A stretch of 60,038 bases of DNA, counting the filler, from Barthelona sp. PAP020 (taxonomy: Eukaryota), in the NCBI GenBank assembly GCA_040182905.1. It is 2 parts of 2 records of this genome, joined end to end, with 100 filler letters (N's around TTAATTAATTAA, not from the genome) between each part and the next. Parts side by side here need not be neighbours in the genome. Positions count along the whole stretch, not along the records: positions 30,443 to 60,038 come from JARQWU010000116.1; 1 more part is not named here. One strand, 5' to 3'. A program made the translations under genes and the position numbers. The notes beneath the pieces are model-generated. The model did not search any database. It saw only the letters and a program-made list of their open reading frames with translations, and was not told where the DNA came from. Positions 43,773-52,803 of this stretch are shown one piece after another (within the stretch, counting starts at the first letter, position 1; every line of letters begins with the position of its first letter).

Positions 43773-46700
43773 TTACAACCTTTTGAGTTTTTCAACCAAA
43801 TCAGAAGTATTACACAATGTACAACCAAGTTGCTTGTAATAATTCTCATAAAGTTTATCAAACGTGTTGATGATATCCTGTGTTTCTTTGGCAATCATGA
43901 AATTACCAGTGTCATCCTCATCGACCAAAGTGACAATACGTTTGAACAATAAAGTATATTGATAAAGATGTTCAACAGATACTTTTGGTTCAAAAATACC
44001 TTCACAATCATAAATTGGACAATTATTACTGGTTCTCAATGAACAATAAACGTCATTGCTAGTAAAGCCACACTTATTACATTCATATAACCCATGTAAA
44101 TTGGCTTGAAAATCTTCACGAACAATATTGTTTAATTGTTTATAAATTTCTTTCCCTTGCATTCTAATGGAACATTGAGAACATGTGAAAGCTTTTTCCA
44201 AATGTGGTAAACACTTGGTTAACAAATCATTGCTGGAAAAATACTCTCTCAATGCTCGGTCCAAAAATACTCGATTCTTAAGATCCTCAGAAAAAGAAAG
44301 AACCCATTCATTACCACAATGATTGCACTTTAGTTTTAATCTGCTCATGTTCCAATTAAATCTCACAGAATCATTGCAATCCTTTGAATATTGAATAACT
44401 AACTCTTCTTGGTTTATTCTATTCAAACCGCTATCTTTAACGATAATACCAAATAAGGCCGACACTTCAGTTTTATTGGTGTTGGGTATGTTCTGCAACA
44501 AGGACCAAACGGGGGTGATGAATTGTTTGTTATAATAGAATTTCTTATCTATCAACAGGGGAGAACCAGGACTCATATTCATAATCTCTGGTATTGTATA
44601 TCCCTCACTTTTTTGAGTCTTTTCATCAAAACACATAATATAATTGATAGTATATCCAGGCAAAATCACTTTTCCCTTTGAAGATAACCTTCTGCCAATC
44701 TTTACATGTGGCAAATCTTTAGCAACCCCAGTGTATTCTTCTAAAGGTTTGTTTATCGTCGTTGCAATTTCTAACTCATCAAGTTTAATCCCACTCATTC
44801 CGTCTTCATCTAAATCATTGAGATCAACCTGCTCAAAACGTTCATGAATACCTTTCAGATATGAATACACAACGGATAACCTATCTTCAATCGTAGGTGC
44901 ATTTTCTGCATCTAATATATCAGGATAATCTTGAATAAGCTTAGTCAATCGATGATCTTCAGCCATCAACATATTAATCACGTCTCTTTGAATTTTTTTG
45001 GACAATTTACAATATTCTCTTCGAACTATAGCCAAACCCTTGAAATTATAAGTACCATTCTGATCAAGATATGCATACTTCTTCTTTTTATAGAGTAAAA
45101 CCTTTTTAAAAACACCATCCAAGCCTAAAAATATGTGTTCACGATTTATCGCCTTTTGAATCTTTTTGGTAATATCTGTAAGAGTATTCTCATCACGACT
45201 CTTCGTATTGACCATGATTGAATCCGTATCACCATAAATAACTTCATAATTCATGCCTGAAGCAGTTCTTTCAGTTTCCTTTATCAGGTTTCTTCCCAAA
45301 TAGGTAATTTGACTCGCTAATTTAATAGCACGATATCTTGAATTCTCTTGACCTAAACATCCATACATGGAATTAGCAACTAATTTATAAGCTAACTGCT
45401 TAATATCTAATCTTTGAATTTCCATTGAAGATTGACCATTTTTCTTTGCTTTTGCAAGCTCTTTTTTTACTTCATTACGAATATCTAATAAAGACCCAAC
45501 AAGTTCAGGTAAAACTCCTTCTCCATCATCTTTTCTGAATCGAATATTTGTATGTTCATTCTCTTCTTCTTTTTCATTTTTTTGAACATTAGCAATATCA
45601 AAAATCTCATCTTCATCATCAGAAGCATATTCAGTTTTAACATCCTCTAATTTCGTGTTCAACTGCTCAATCTCTTCAAATGTCGTGAAACAAATGTTAT
45701 ATTGTCTAATTATGGAAGGATACAGAGAATTGAAATCCAACAATAATACATAATCCTCGTATAACCCAACCTTTGGTGCCAAAACATATCCTCCCATATA
45801 TGACTCCTTTTCATCACGTTTATGATCTCTACTCAAATGGTTTGGAGGAATAATATTGCAGCTATGAAATTTATGTGTTAATAACCAATCTACACGATGA
45901 CTGGCACCTCGACTCATCACTCTTGTCCATGGACAACCTGTAATGCCAGCAATACTACGTGTAATAGGACCCAATTGTAATTTAATACTGAGCTTTTGAA
46001 CAAGGTTCGTAGATATAACCAACAGGTCAATAAACCTAACAAAGCTTTGAGGGCTTTGTAAGAATGTTTGATTGAATTCGTACTTGTCCATCGAGCGAAA
46101 ATCAATTTCACACAATTTATATGTGTTAATGAGGGTTTCACTATTATTTAAAAAGCCGTTCTCTTGCATATAAGATACAAAACTCAAAGGAATCTCAATA
46201 CCGCTATTATCATTATACAATTGAGTAATTGCCAATCTTTCCAACCCATAATCTCGCTCTTTGACGAAATCCTTAATAGACTTAAATGTATCGCAAAGGA
46301 TTCGGCCAGAAATAGTGAAAAGTAATTGTCTTGCTGCAAATTTACTTCCACTTCTAATTGGATCACCAACTTTTATCCGACCCCAGTGATTAATGAGTGA
46401 TTCATCATTTGCTATCTTCCAACGACTCATAAAAAGAGGAATCATATCATCCAGTAAATGATGGCCAAAAATTATATCGGGGTCATGTTTCTTTAACGTC
46501 TGCATAAAGAACTCCAACATTTGACCTTCTGGATTTTCTCCCCCATATCCATCAAATATTCGAATGAAAGGATGCCTTGTTTTGTTGCTGCTCATCTTAA
46601 AATGGTTAACATAAGCTTTGCTAATAGCAATCTTCCGATCATTCCAATGCTGTTCCATTCCTTTTGGAAGTTGATCCAAACACAGATATGTAAATTGATG

Positions 46701-47861
46701 ATCACTTTTGCTGAGGTCTGAATCTGAATTCAAATGAAAATTATTGAAAATATGGATGTTTAAACCACGAATTGACCTGGTGCGGATCTTCTTCCTTTTA
46801 TCATTTATGATACCCTCCTTTTCTTGAGAAACACTGACTATTTCTATGAACGCAGCCTTTATTGTGGGATCGCTAATGGAAGATAAAACACTGATTGCAT
46901 CAAAATTGATTATTTGAAAGTTATGTTTGCAAAAAGAATTGTCAAGAGCACCATATGCATTAAAAATTTTGGAAGAAAGGGCTAAATTTTGGGGAGCAAA
47001 ACCTTCTTTATAATATTCGCCTCCTTTCAATCCAATCCAACAAGGAAGATTGATGTCCTTTTCAATCAAGAAATTCTCAAAAATATCAATGTTTTGGCCT
47101 AAAATTAAATCAAATTTTAATTGAAAGCCTCCAAGAATATCATTTTCATCATCTTCAGTTGAAACGTCACTTTCATTTTCAGATTCTGAGGCACTTTCAG
47201 CTACATCATCAGATTCACTTTCCATTTCATCATCAGATTCCTCTTCATCAGGTTTTCCTCTCAAAGAATCAAGATTGAACCAATTTTCAATTTCTCGATC
47301 AAACTTTTGGATATTCAAAGCACGCTTCGATTTTTTAAATGCTGATCGATCTAATTGCTCAGATACAGGTGCTATTTTAACACAAACGTATCCATGCTTT
47401 TCGTTATCACCCAAATTTTCATTAAATGGATGTACCATCAATTTTCCCTCCAATTGGACACTGGGGTGTTCTTCAAACATGGATTGTTTCAATGCATCAA
47501 CGGCAAAATCTAAACGGGCTTGCAAAACTTCGTCTGATAAATCATTAGTCCAATCTTTTATTCGCATATATATTGTTTTATGATAGTTTAACACACTAAG
47601 ACTAACAGTTTCTCCATTTTGAGTCTTACCCGAAAATATAATTCGCCCTTTTTCATCTTGAATTGCATCAAGAGCAAAAAATCGAAAATCTTCACTGACA
47701 TCAATTTGATTTTTTAAATCTGTTGAGGTAATTGAACTTTGAAAAGAAGATGGTAAAGGAGAAGAAGGTAAATTTAATTCATCTTCATCAAATTCATAAT
47801 CTGGTTCCTTTTTCGTAGGTTCTGCATCCAACCAATTATTTTCAGTCTCTTCCAAACTCAT
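43773..47861 (-). CDS. POLA1: DNA polymerase alpha catalytic subunit
   Basis: Family B motifs YMGGYVLAPKVGLY, LLLDFNSLYPSIIRQYNICFTT, QLAYKLVANSMYGCLG, VIYGDTDS and KKKKYA; C-terminal Cys zinc-finger pairs typical of Pol alpha. Confidence 0.92.
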   Translation of the reverse strand: MSLEETENNWLDAEPTKKEPDYEFDEDELNLPSSPLPSSFQSSITSTDLKNQIDVSEDFRFFALDAIQDEKGRIIFSGKTQNGETVSLSVLNYHKTIYMRIKDWTNDLSDEVLQARLDFAVDALKQSMFEEHPSVQLEGKLMVHPFNENLGDNEKHGYVCVKIAPVSEQLDRSAFKKSKRALNIQKFDREIENWFNLDSLRGKPDEEESDDEMESESDDVAESASESENESDVSTEDDENDILGGFQLKFDLILGQNIDIFENFLIEKDINLPCWIGLKGGEYYKEGFAPQNLALSSKIFNAYGALDNSFCKHNFQIINFDAISVLSSISDPTIKAAFIEIVSVSQEKEGIINDKRKKIRTRSIRGLNIHIFNNFHLNSDSDLSKSDHQFTYLCLDQLPKGMEQHWNDRKIAISKAYVNHFKMSSNKTRHPFIRIFDGYGGENPEGQMLEFFMQTLKKHDPDIIFGHHLLDDMIPLFMSRWKIANDESLINHWGRIKVGDPIRSGSKFAARQLLFTISGRILCDTFKSIKDFVKERDYGLERLAITQLYNDNSGIEIPLSFVSYMQENGFLNNSETLINTYKLCEIDFRSMDKYEFNQTFLQSPQSFVRFIDLLVISTNLVQKLSIKLQLGPITRSIAGITGCPWTRVMSRGASHRVDWLLTHKFHSCNIIPPNHLSRDHKRDEKESYMGGYVLAPKVGLYEDYVLLLDFNSLYPSIIRQYNICFTTFEEIEQLNTKLEDVKTEYASDDEDEIFDIANVQKNEKEEENEHTNIRFRKDDGEGVLPELVGSLLDIRNEVKKELAKAKKNGQSSMEIQRLDIKQLAYKLVANSMYGCLGQENSRYRAIKLASQITYLGRNLIKETERTASGMNYEVIYGDTDSIMVNTKSRDENTLTDITKKIQKAINREHIFLGLDGVFKKVLLYKKKKYAYLDQNGTYNFKGLAIVRREYCKLSKKIQRDVINMLMAEDHRLTKLIQDYPDILDAENAPTIEDRLSVVYSYLKGIHERFEQVDLNDLDEDGMSGIKLDELEIATTINKPLEEYTGVAKDLPHVKIGRRLSSKGKVILPGYTINYIMCFDEKTQKSEGYTIPEIMNMSPGSPLLIDKKFYYNKQFITPVWSLLQNIPNTNKTEVSALFGIIVKDSGLNRINQEELVIQYSKDCNDSVRFNWNMSRLKLKCNHCGNEWVLSFSEDLKNRVFLDRALREYFSSNDLLTKCLPHLEKAFTCSQCSIRMQGKEIYKQLNNIVREDFQANLHGLYECNKCGFTSNDVYCSLRTSNNCPIYDCEGIFEPKVSVEHLYQYTLLFKRIVTLVDEDDTGNFMIAKETQDIINTFDKLYENYYKQLGCTLCNTSDLVEKLKRL

Positions 47862-48352
47862 AAATTGATGAAAAACAAAAAAAAATGTTGTTTGTTATCC
47901 TGAACTCTCTTTTTTAATTTTTAAAACTATTGGACAATAATTATAAGCATTCTATTTAAAAATATTGAATTGCTCAGATTTGACTGAAATTCATTTTTTC
48001 TTTTGAAAAAGATGCAAAACTCGTGAAATTTTTCAAATTAATTGGTAATTTATGGTCTGAAAATATATTATCTGCCCAAAACTTTGTCATTGGCTTGTCA
48101 AAAACCAAACAAAAAAGGGCTCATTTTTTTTGGGTTTTTTATTTTTGAGAAAAAAACAACTAATTCCATATTTACATTATGAAAGCTTTAATTATGATTG
48201 AAAGAAAGAAAGAAAAAAAGAACATTGAAACTTTTTTGATTTGATGCCAATTTTACAAGGCATCAAAGATAATCAAAATGAATAGAACTTTTTTTTAAAA
48301 CTGAGTAACGATTTTTTGAGTTATTAAAAAGAAAAAAAGACTGAAAAAAAAA

Positions 48353-49006
48353 ATGCCCAAGCAAACACATTCCACAAGATATTTCACAAAAACTGAAAAA
48401 TTAAAAAAAGAGCCCAATATTCAAAACCTTGAACAACCATTTGATTTAACCTTAGAAAATCCAATTACCAAACCATTTTTTGAAAAGCATCATGATATCT
48501 TCAATTCCATAACATGTAACAACATTGTAGATTTAAGTTCCATGCTTTATAATATGGATAATACCAATAAATCAGCAATAATTGATGAATTTGTTGACCA
48601 TATCAAAATTCAATTTCAAAAAGAAGGAAAAGAAACACCTTTGTCGATCAGATCAGATTTCATTAAATATATTTCCAATTTTAATAATTATTTAATCAAA
48701 ACCCATCAAATAAAAAAAGATATTTCCGAAAGAATAAACAGCGTTTCTCTTTTAAACAACAAACTCACACATAGAAAAAGTATCAAAACCCCGATCAAAG
48801 AAACCCTTGATGCTTGGTTTATGTCTAATTTGCACTTCCCATATTGCAACAAACAAACTGTGCAAAAACTTGCAGATATTGTGGGTTTAACTTCTTCTCA
48901 AGTTAAAATATGGATGGCAAGCAGACGATCAACCTTTAAGTCAAAATATTTGAAAGGAAAAATAACGCCTTCAAAAAATTGGCCCATTCCCTGGTTTATT
49001 CATTGA
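48353..49006 (+). CDS. divergent TALE-class homeobox protein
   Basis: TLDAWFMSNLHFPYCNKQTVQKLADIVGLTSSQVKIWMASRR aligns with the Homeobox_KN pattern L..W...H...PYP......LA...GL...QV.NWF.N.R. Confidence 0.75.
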   Translation: MPKQTHSTRYFTKTEKLKKEPNIQNLEQPFDLTLENPITKPFFEKHHDIFNSITCNNIVDLSSMLYNMDNTNKSAIIDEFVDHIKIQFQKEGKETPLSIRSDFIKYISNFNNYLIKTHQIKKDISERINSVSLLNNKLTHRKSIKTPIKETLDAWFMSNLHFPYCNKQTVQKLADIVGLTSSQVKIWMASRRSTFKSKYLKGKITPSKNWPIPWFIH

Positions 49007-49855
49007 ATTTCAAAGAAGAATTTGAAGCTTTTTCACCAAAGCGAAATAAACTTTTTTTAAAAAAAAAACTGGTACAACTACATAAAAAAAACACATTTGT
49101 TTTTAAACTGATTAAATTACAAGGATATATATAAAAAATATTAAAACTGAACACTGAATAAATAACTGATAAACTGAATAACTGAATACTACTGATTTGT
49201 TTCGTCATTTTTAAATGGTCAAAATTACTAAAAATACTCATAATGACACAAATATTTCGCATGTAAAATATCTTATGAATGAATGCAAGGGCGAGCACAT
49301 GTATGTATGTTGAAAATTAACAGATTTCAGCATACACACAAAAAAGACTAAAAAACAAAAATAAAATTAACATAAGTCATATTGTTGCCTTAATTGGAAA
49401 TAAAATGTTGAAAATTTTGAACTTTAATTTTTAATTTTAAAGTTTAAAATTTTGAAACAAATAATGAAATCACTTAAATTGAAAGTTAGCACATTGAAAA
49501 AAGAACTTACTTTTAAAAAACAATTGAAGGCAACAAAATAATATAACAATGAAATAAATGGTAAATTCAAATATTAAAAAATGGCACAAGGAAATGAAAA
49601 AAAAAATTACATCAAAAAGAAGATCTGCTGAGAAACCAAAATTCAAATAATTTCTGTGTTTAACAATTGTAATATATGATCAGTTGGCTCAAAAATTTTA
49701 AATTAAAAGACAAAATGATGCTTCCTTTATCCTTTTGAAACATATATTTTCTTGCTATTCTTTATTAGAATTATATCAATCGCTCTTGTGTTTTAAATCA
49801 AGATAAAAATCATAAATACCGAACAAAAATAATCACATACATTTATTTAAAAAAA

Positions 49856-52006
49856 TCAATCCACTCTTTCATAAAGATATATATATCCCTTATTAAATTG
49901 AGGATTTGGAGCAATTGCAACTTTTCTATCATTAAAAAGGATCCATTTTTCCTCTCCATCAATTTCTTTCAAAAGATGACAAATATAATGGCCTGTGTAG
50001 GCTGTAGCACCTTTATGTGTAATCATACCCTTAAGTCTGTACATTTTTGAACAATTTTTAGTTTCTTCCAACCTTTGTTCAAAATTGACGGGTAGTTCAC
50101 TTGGATCAGGCATTTGTGGAATGATGTCACCAGACAAAAGTAAATTTAAAGCACTGTCAAAATTACCAGTAAATCTCAAGGCATCAATTACTTGAGTAGT
50201 GTCAAACCCCATCATGACAAGACTGTTGACAAGGTCGCTATCAACATTACCAGGTTTTTGTCCTTCTAAAAGCAATTTAGCAGATTCAATATCATTGGAA
50301 GATGCTTGCAATGCACGTCTGGAATTTTCAAATTCATGTCCAAGAGAAACCATAATTGCCAAATTCATATCATCAACAATAAAAGTAGGATCTATTTCAG
50401 GGAGTTTCACAGCAGCATCAGGAAGAAGATCGTCTTGTGATGGAATGTCCCTGAGAACACGGGATAAATCCATCTCTTCCAACAGGTGAATATCACCATC
50501 AGATTTTCGACCCATAATATCCAAGGAAACAGTGGACAGTAGCAATATTTTTGGCAAAGTTGCCAAACTTTGAACAGAAGTAGCAGTATTTTTTCCACAT
50601 ATGGGACAGTCAAAGTCAATTTCATTGGTTTGAACAAACCAATTCTCATCGATTGTAATATCCTTCATTTCTTTGCTGTCAAAAAATCTTGTGACAGTTC
50701 CTCTAATCGTCTCAATTTGCCTTCTTTTTTTTCCACAACTGCCGCAAGTGATAACATTTAATTGATCAACTGTCATTGCGTCAGTAGCATCACCCAAAGT
50801 CTCATTTCGGGCTAAACCATGAATTAAATCAATCAAATAGTTCATAAACTCATTGGCGTCACATTGTTGAGTGCCTCCAAACTCATTATGCCCCAAACAT
50901 GTGGCTTCTTTGATGTAAAAGGGAGATATTCCCTTTTGAAGATTTTCATTTGAAGATAAAGGATTAGAAAAACTGCCAGAAGTCAATCCATTGGAAATTC
51001 TCCTGAATTGAGTTTCAGCATGACTATTTCCACGAGAAAACATCGAGACTGGTCGATTAAATCTCAGAATTATGGGTTCTAATGAAAAAAGCATCTGCAA
51101 AACAGATGCAATATAACAAGTGTTGCCCAAATTACGAATGCCTGTTAATCCAGGTCCAAAAACTGGTTTTAACTCAAAACCACCCTCTAATTCAGCTGAA
51201 AAATCTAGATCTTGATTCAAAGCTAATTCTTGCTCAAAAATTGAAGCTTCCTTTTGTTCCATCCCCTTACGACTGATACCAAATCTTGAAAGAACATCAT
51301 CCAAATTTGGCACATAAATATTATCATCGCATTTATAGCAGAATACATCAGCATGGTTTTCACTCAATGAACCAAGAGAAACAGCAACAGAATGTCCAGT
51401 TTGCTCATAATGCTCAACACCATGATTGTTACCTCCAGAACCATCCCAGTTTTTTCTGGCACATCCAATATTTCCACAAGTGAGACATAACCATAATTTT
51501 GAGCATAAATCACATTTGCCACACTTTGAAGAATCAACTTGTTCAACGTTATTATCAACATGTATATGCGGACAGTCAGTCTTAATTTCCGCTTTCCATT
51601 GAATCTCTTTCGATTTTTCCAAGGCATTATGTGATTCTTCAACATGTTTTGCAATTTCCTGCAAATGTTCAGAAACTTCATCAACAACATATTGTTCCCC
51701 ACATTTCAAACAAACAACCCTTAATTCATAACTAACTTTAACATTGTCTTTAACTTTCAATTCTTTTAAAGGTTCATCAGAGAATTCTACATTTCTTTTT
51801 ATTTTGATAAAAATATTATGATTACTATCATTCATATGTGATATAGCATGACCTTCATCAAGACAATATCCTTCAAAACATCGGGCACAAACAAGAATTC
51901 CGTTTTCATCATCAAAATCATGAAAACACAAGGAACATTCTTCTTTGTTCACAATAAAATTCTTAAAATCAATATTATTAAATGAAGTAAGATGAGAACA
52001 AACCAT
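49856..52006 (-). CDS. ubiquitin-specific protease USP5/USP13 (Ubp14-like)
   Basis: Two UBP zinc fingers (LWLCLTCGNIGCARK..DGSGGNNHGVEHY), Cys box GIRNLGNTCYIASVLQ, QQCDANEF, two UBA-like inserts and His box ITHKGATAYTGHY...FNDRKV. Confidence 0.92.
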   Translation of the reverse strand: MVCSHLTSFNNIDFKNFIVNKEECSLCFHDFDDENGILVCARCFEGYCLDEGHAISHMNDSNHNIFIKIKRNVEFSDEPLKELKVKDNVKVSYELRVVCLKCGEQYVVDEVSEHLQEIAKHVEESHNALEKSKEIQWKAEIKTDCPHIHVDNNVEQVDSSKCGKCDLCSKLWLCLTCGNIGCARKNWDGSGGNNHGVEHYEQTGHSVAVSLGSLSENHADVFCYKCDDNIYVPNLDDVLSRFGISRKGMEQKEASIFEQELALNQDLDFSAELEGGFELKPVFGPGLTGIRNLGNTCYIASVLQMLFSLEPIILRFNRPVSMFSRGNSHAETQFRRISNGLTSGSFSNPLSSNENLQKGISPFYIKEATCLGHNEFGGTQQCDANEFMNYLIDLIHGLARNETLGDATDAMTVDQLNVITCGSCGKKRRQIETIRGTVTRFFDSKEMKDITIDENWFVQTNEIDFDCPICGKNTATSVQSLATLPKILLLSTVSLDIMGRKSDGDIHLLEEMDLSRVLRDIPSQDDLLPDAAVKLPEIDPTFIVDDMNLAIMVSLGHEFENSRRALQASSNDIESAKLLLEGQKPGNVDSDLVNSLVMMGFDTTQVIDALRFTGNFDSALNLLLSGDIIPQMPDPSELPVNFEQRLEETKNCSKMYRLKGMITHKGATAYTGHYICHLLKEIDGEEKWILFNDRKVAIAPNPQFNKGYIYLYERVD

Positions 52007-52347
52007 AATGTAATAAATAAAAACTTCTAAAATTTATTAAGGAAAAGATTTCTTCCATTTCACTTTGTTAATAATAAAGGTTTATTGTTTTTTTAAATTA
52101 ACAATAAATAACAAACAAAATATCAAAAAGAATATGTTAAATTCGGAAATTGGTTTATAAATATAGATTTTCTTCTACATTTTTAAATAGATTAAAATTA
52201 AATCAAATTAAATCACCATATTCCCAAAATGAAAGACACTTTTTTTTTTTTGATTATTTGTGTTCACAATTCTTTCAAAAATTATGAGCAAAAAAAAATA
52301 TTTATATTATAACATATCAGGCATTTTGATTATGAATAAATGAAAAA

Positions 52348-52560
52348 GCCCAAAGTCTGTTTGTGTGGGATTAATGGCGCAGTTGAAATTTCATTGAAAC
52401 AGATAAACCCACTGTATTGAGTATCCAGTTGAATCAGTGAATAAGTTTGGATTAGATTAGATTAGATTAGGTATCTCAAGAGATGAGTATCTCAGCAAAT
52501 CAATAGACAATTGATTTGCATTTTCCTTTTATTGTAAGAAGGGAAATGATAGAGTTGGGC
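52348..52560 (+). ncRNA. candidate multibranched structured RNA, family unknown
   Basis: Closing helix GCCCAA/TTGGGC plus TCTGTT/GATAGA encloses five adjacent hairpins, including a perfect 10-bp stem. See findings. Confidence 0.4.
52451..52470 (+). repeat. (ATTAG)4 microsatellite
   Basis: Read directly from the sequence. Confidence 0.85.
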
Positions 52561-52803
52561 ACCCATAAGACCAATAATTATAGTTGATAAAATCAATACA
52601 TTGAATTGATTCAAATGAATCAGTATCTATATAAATGGTGCAAAGAAAAGGAGATGTGTAGGACAAAGAAATTTACAACATTTCTTTTACCATTCAATTT
52701 TTCTTAATTTTTTTTTTGTGCTTAAAGCAATTACCTCCTTTAAAGTGCCATTTTTAGAAATATAGTTTAAAAAAAAGTTTAATAAATTCACAAATGTTAC
52801 AAA

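Noticed and set aside
52451..52470. (ATTAG)4 as an interstitial telomeric repeat
   Set aside because: Only four units, not G-rich, and there is no evidence here for the organism's telomere sequence.
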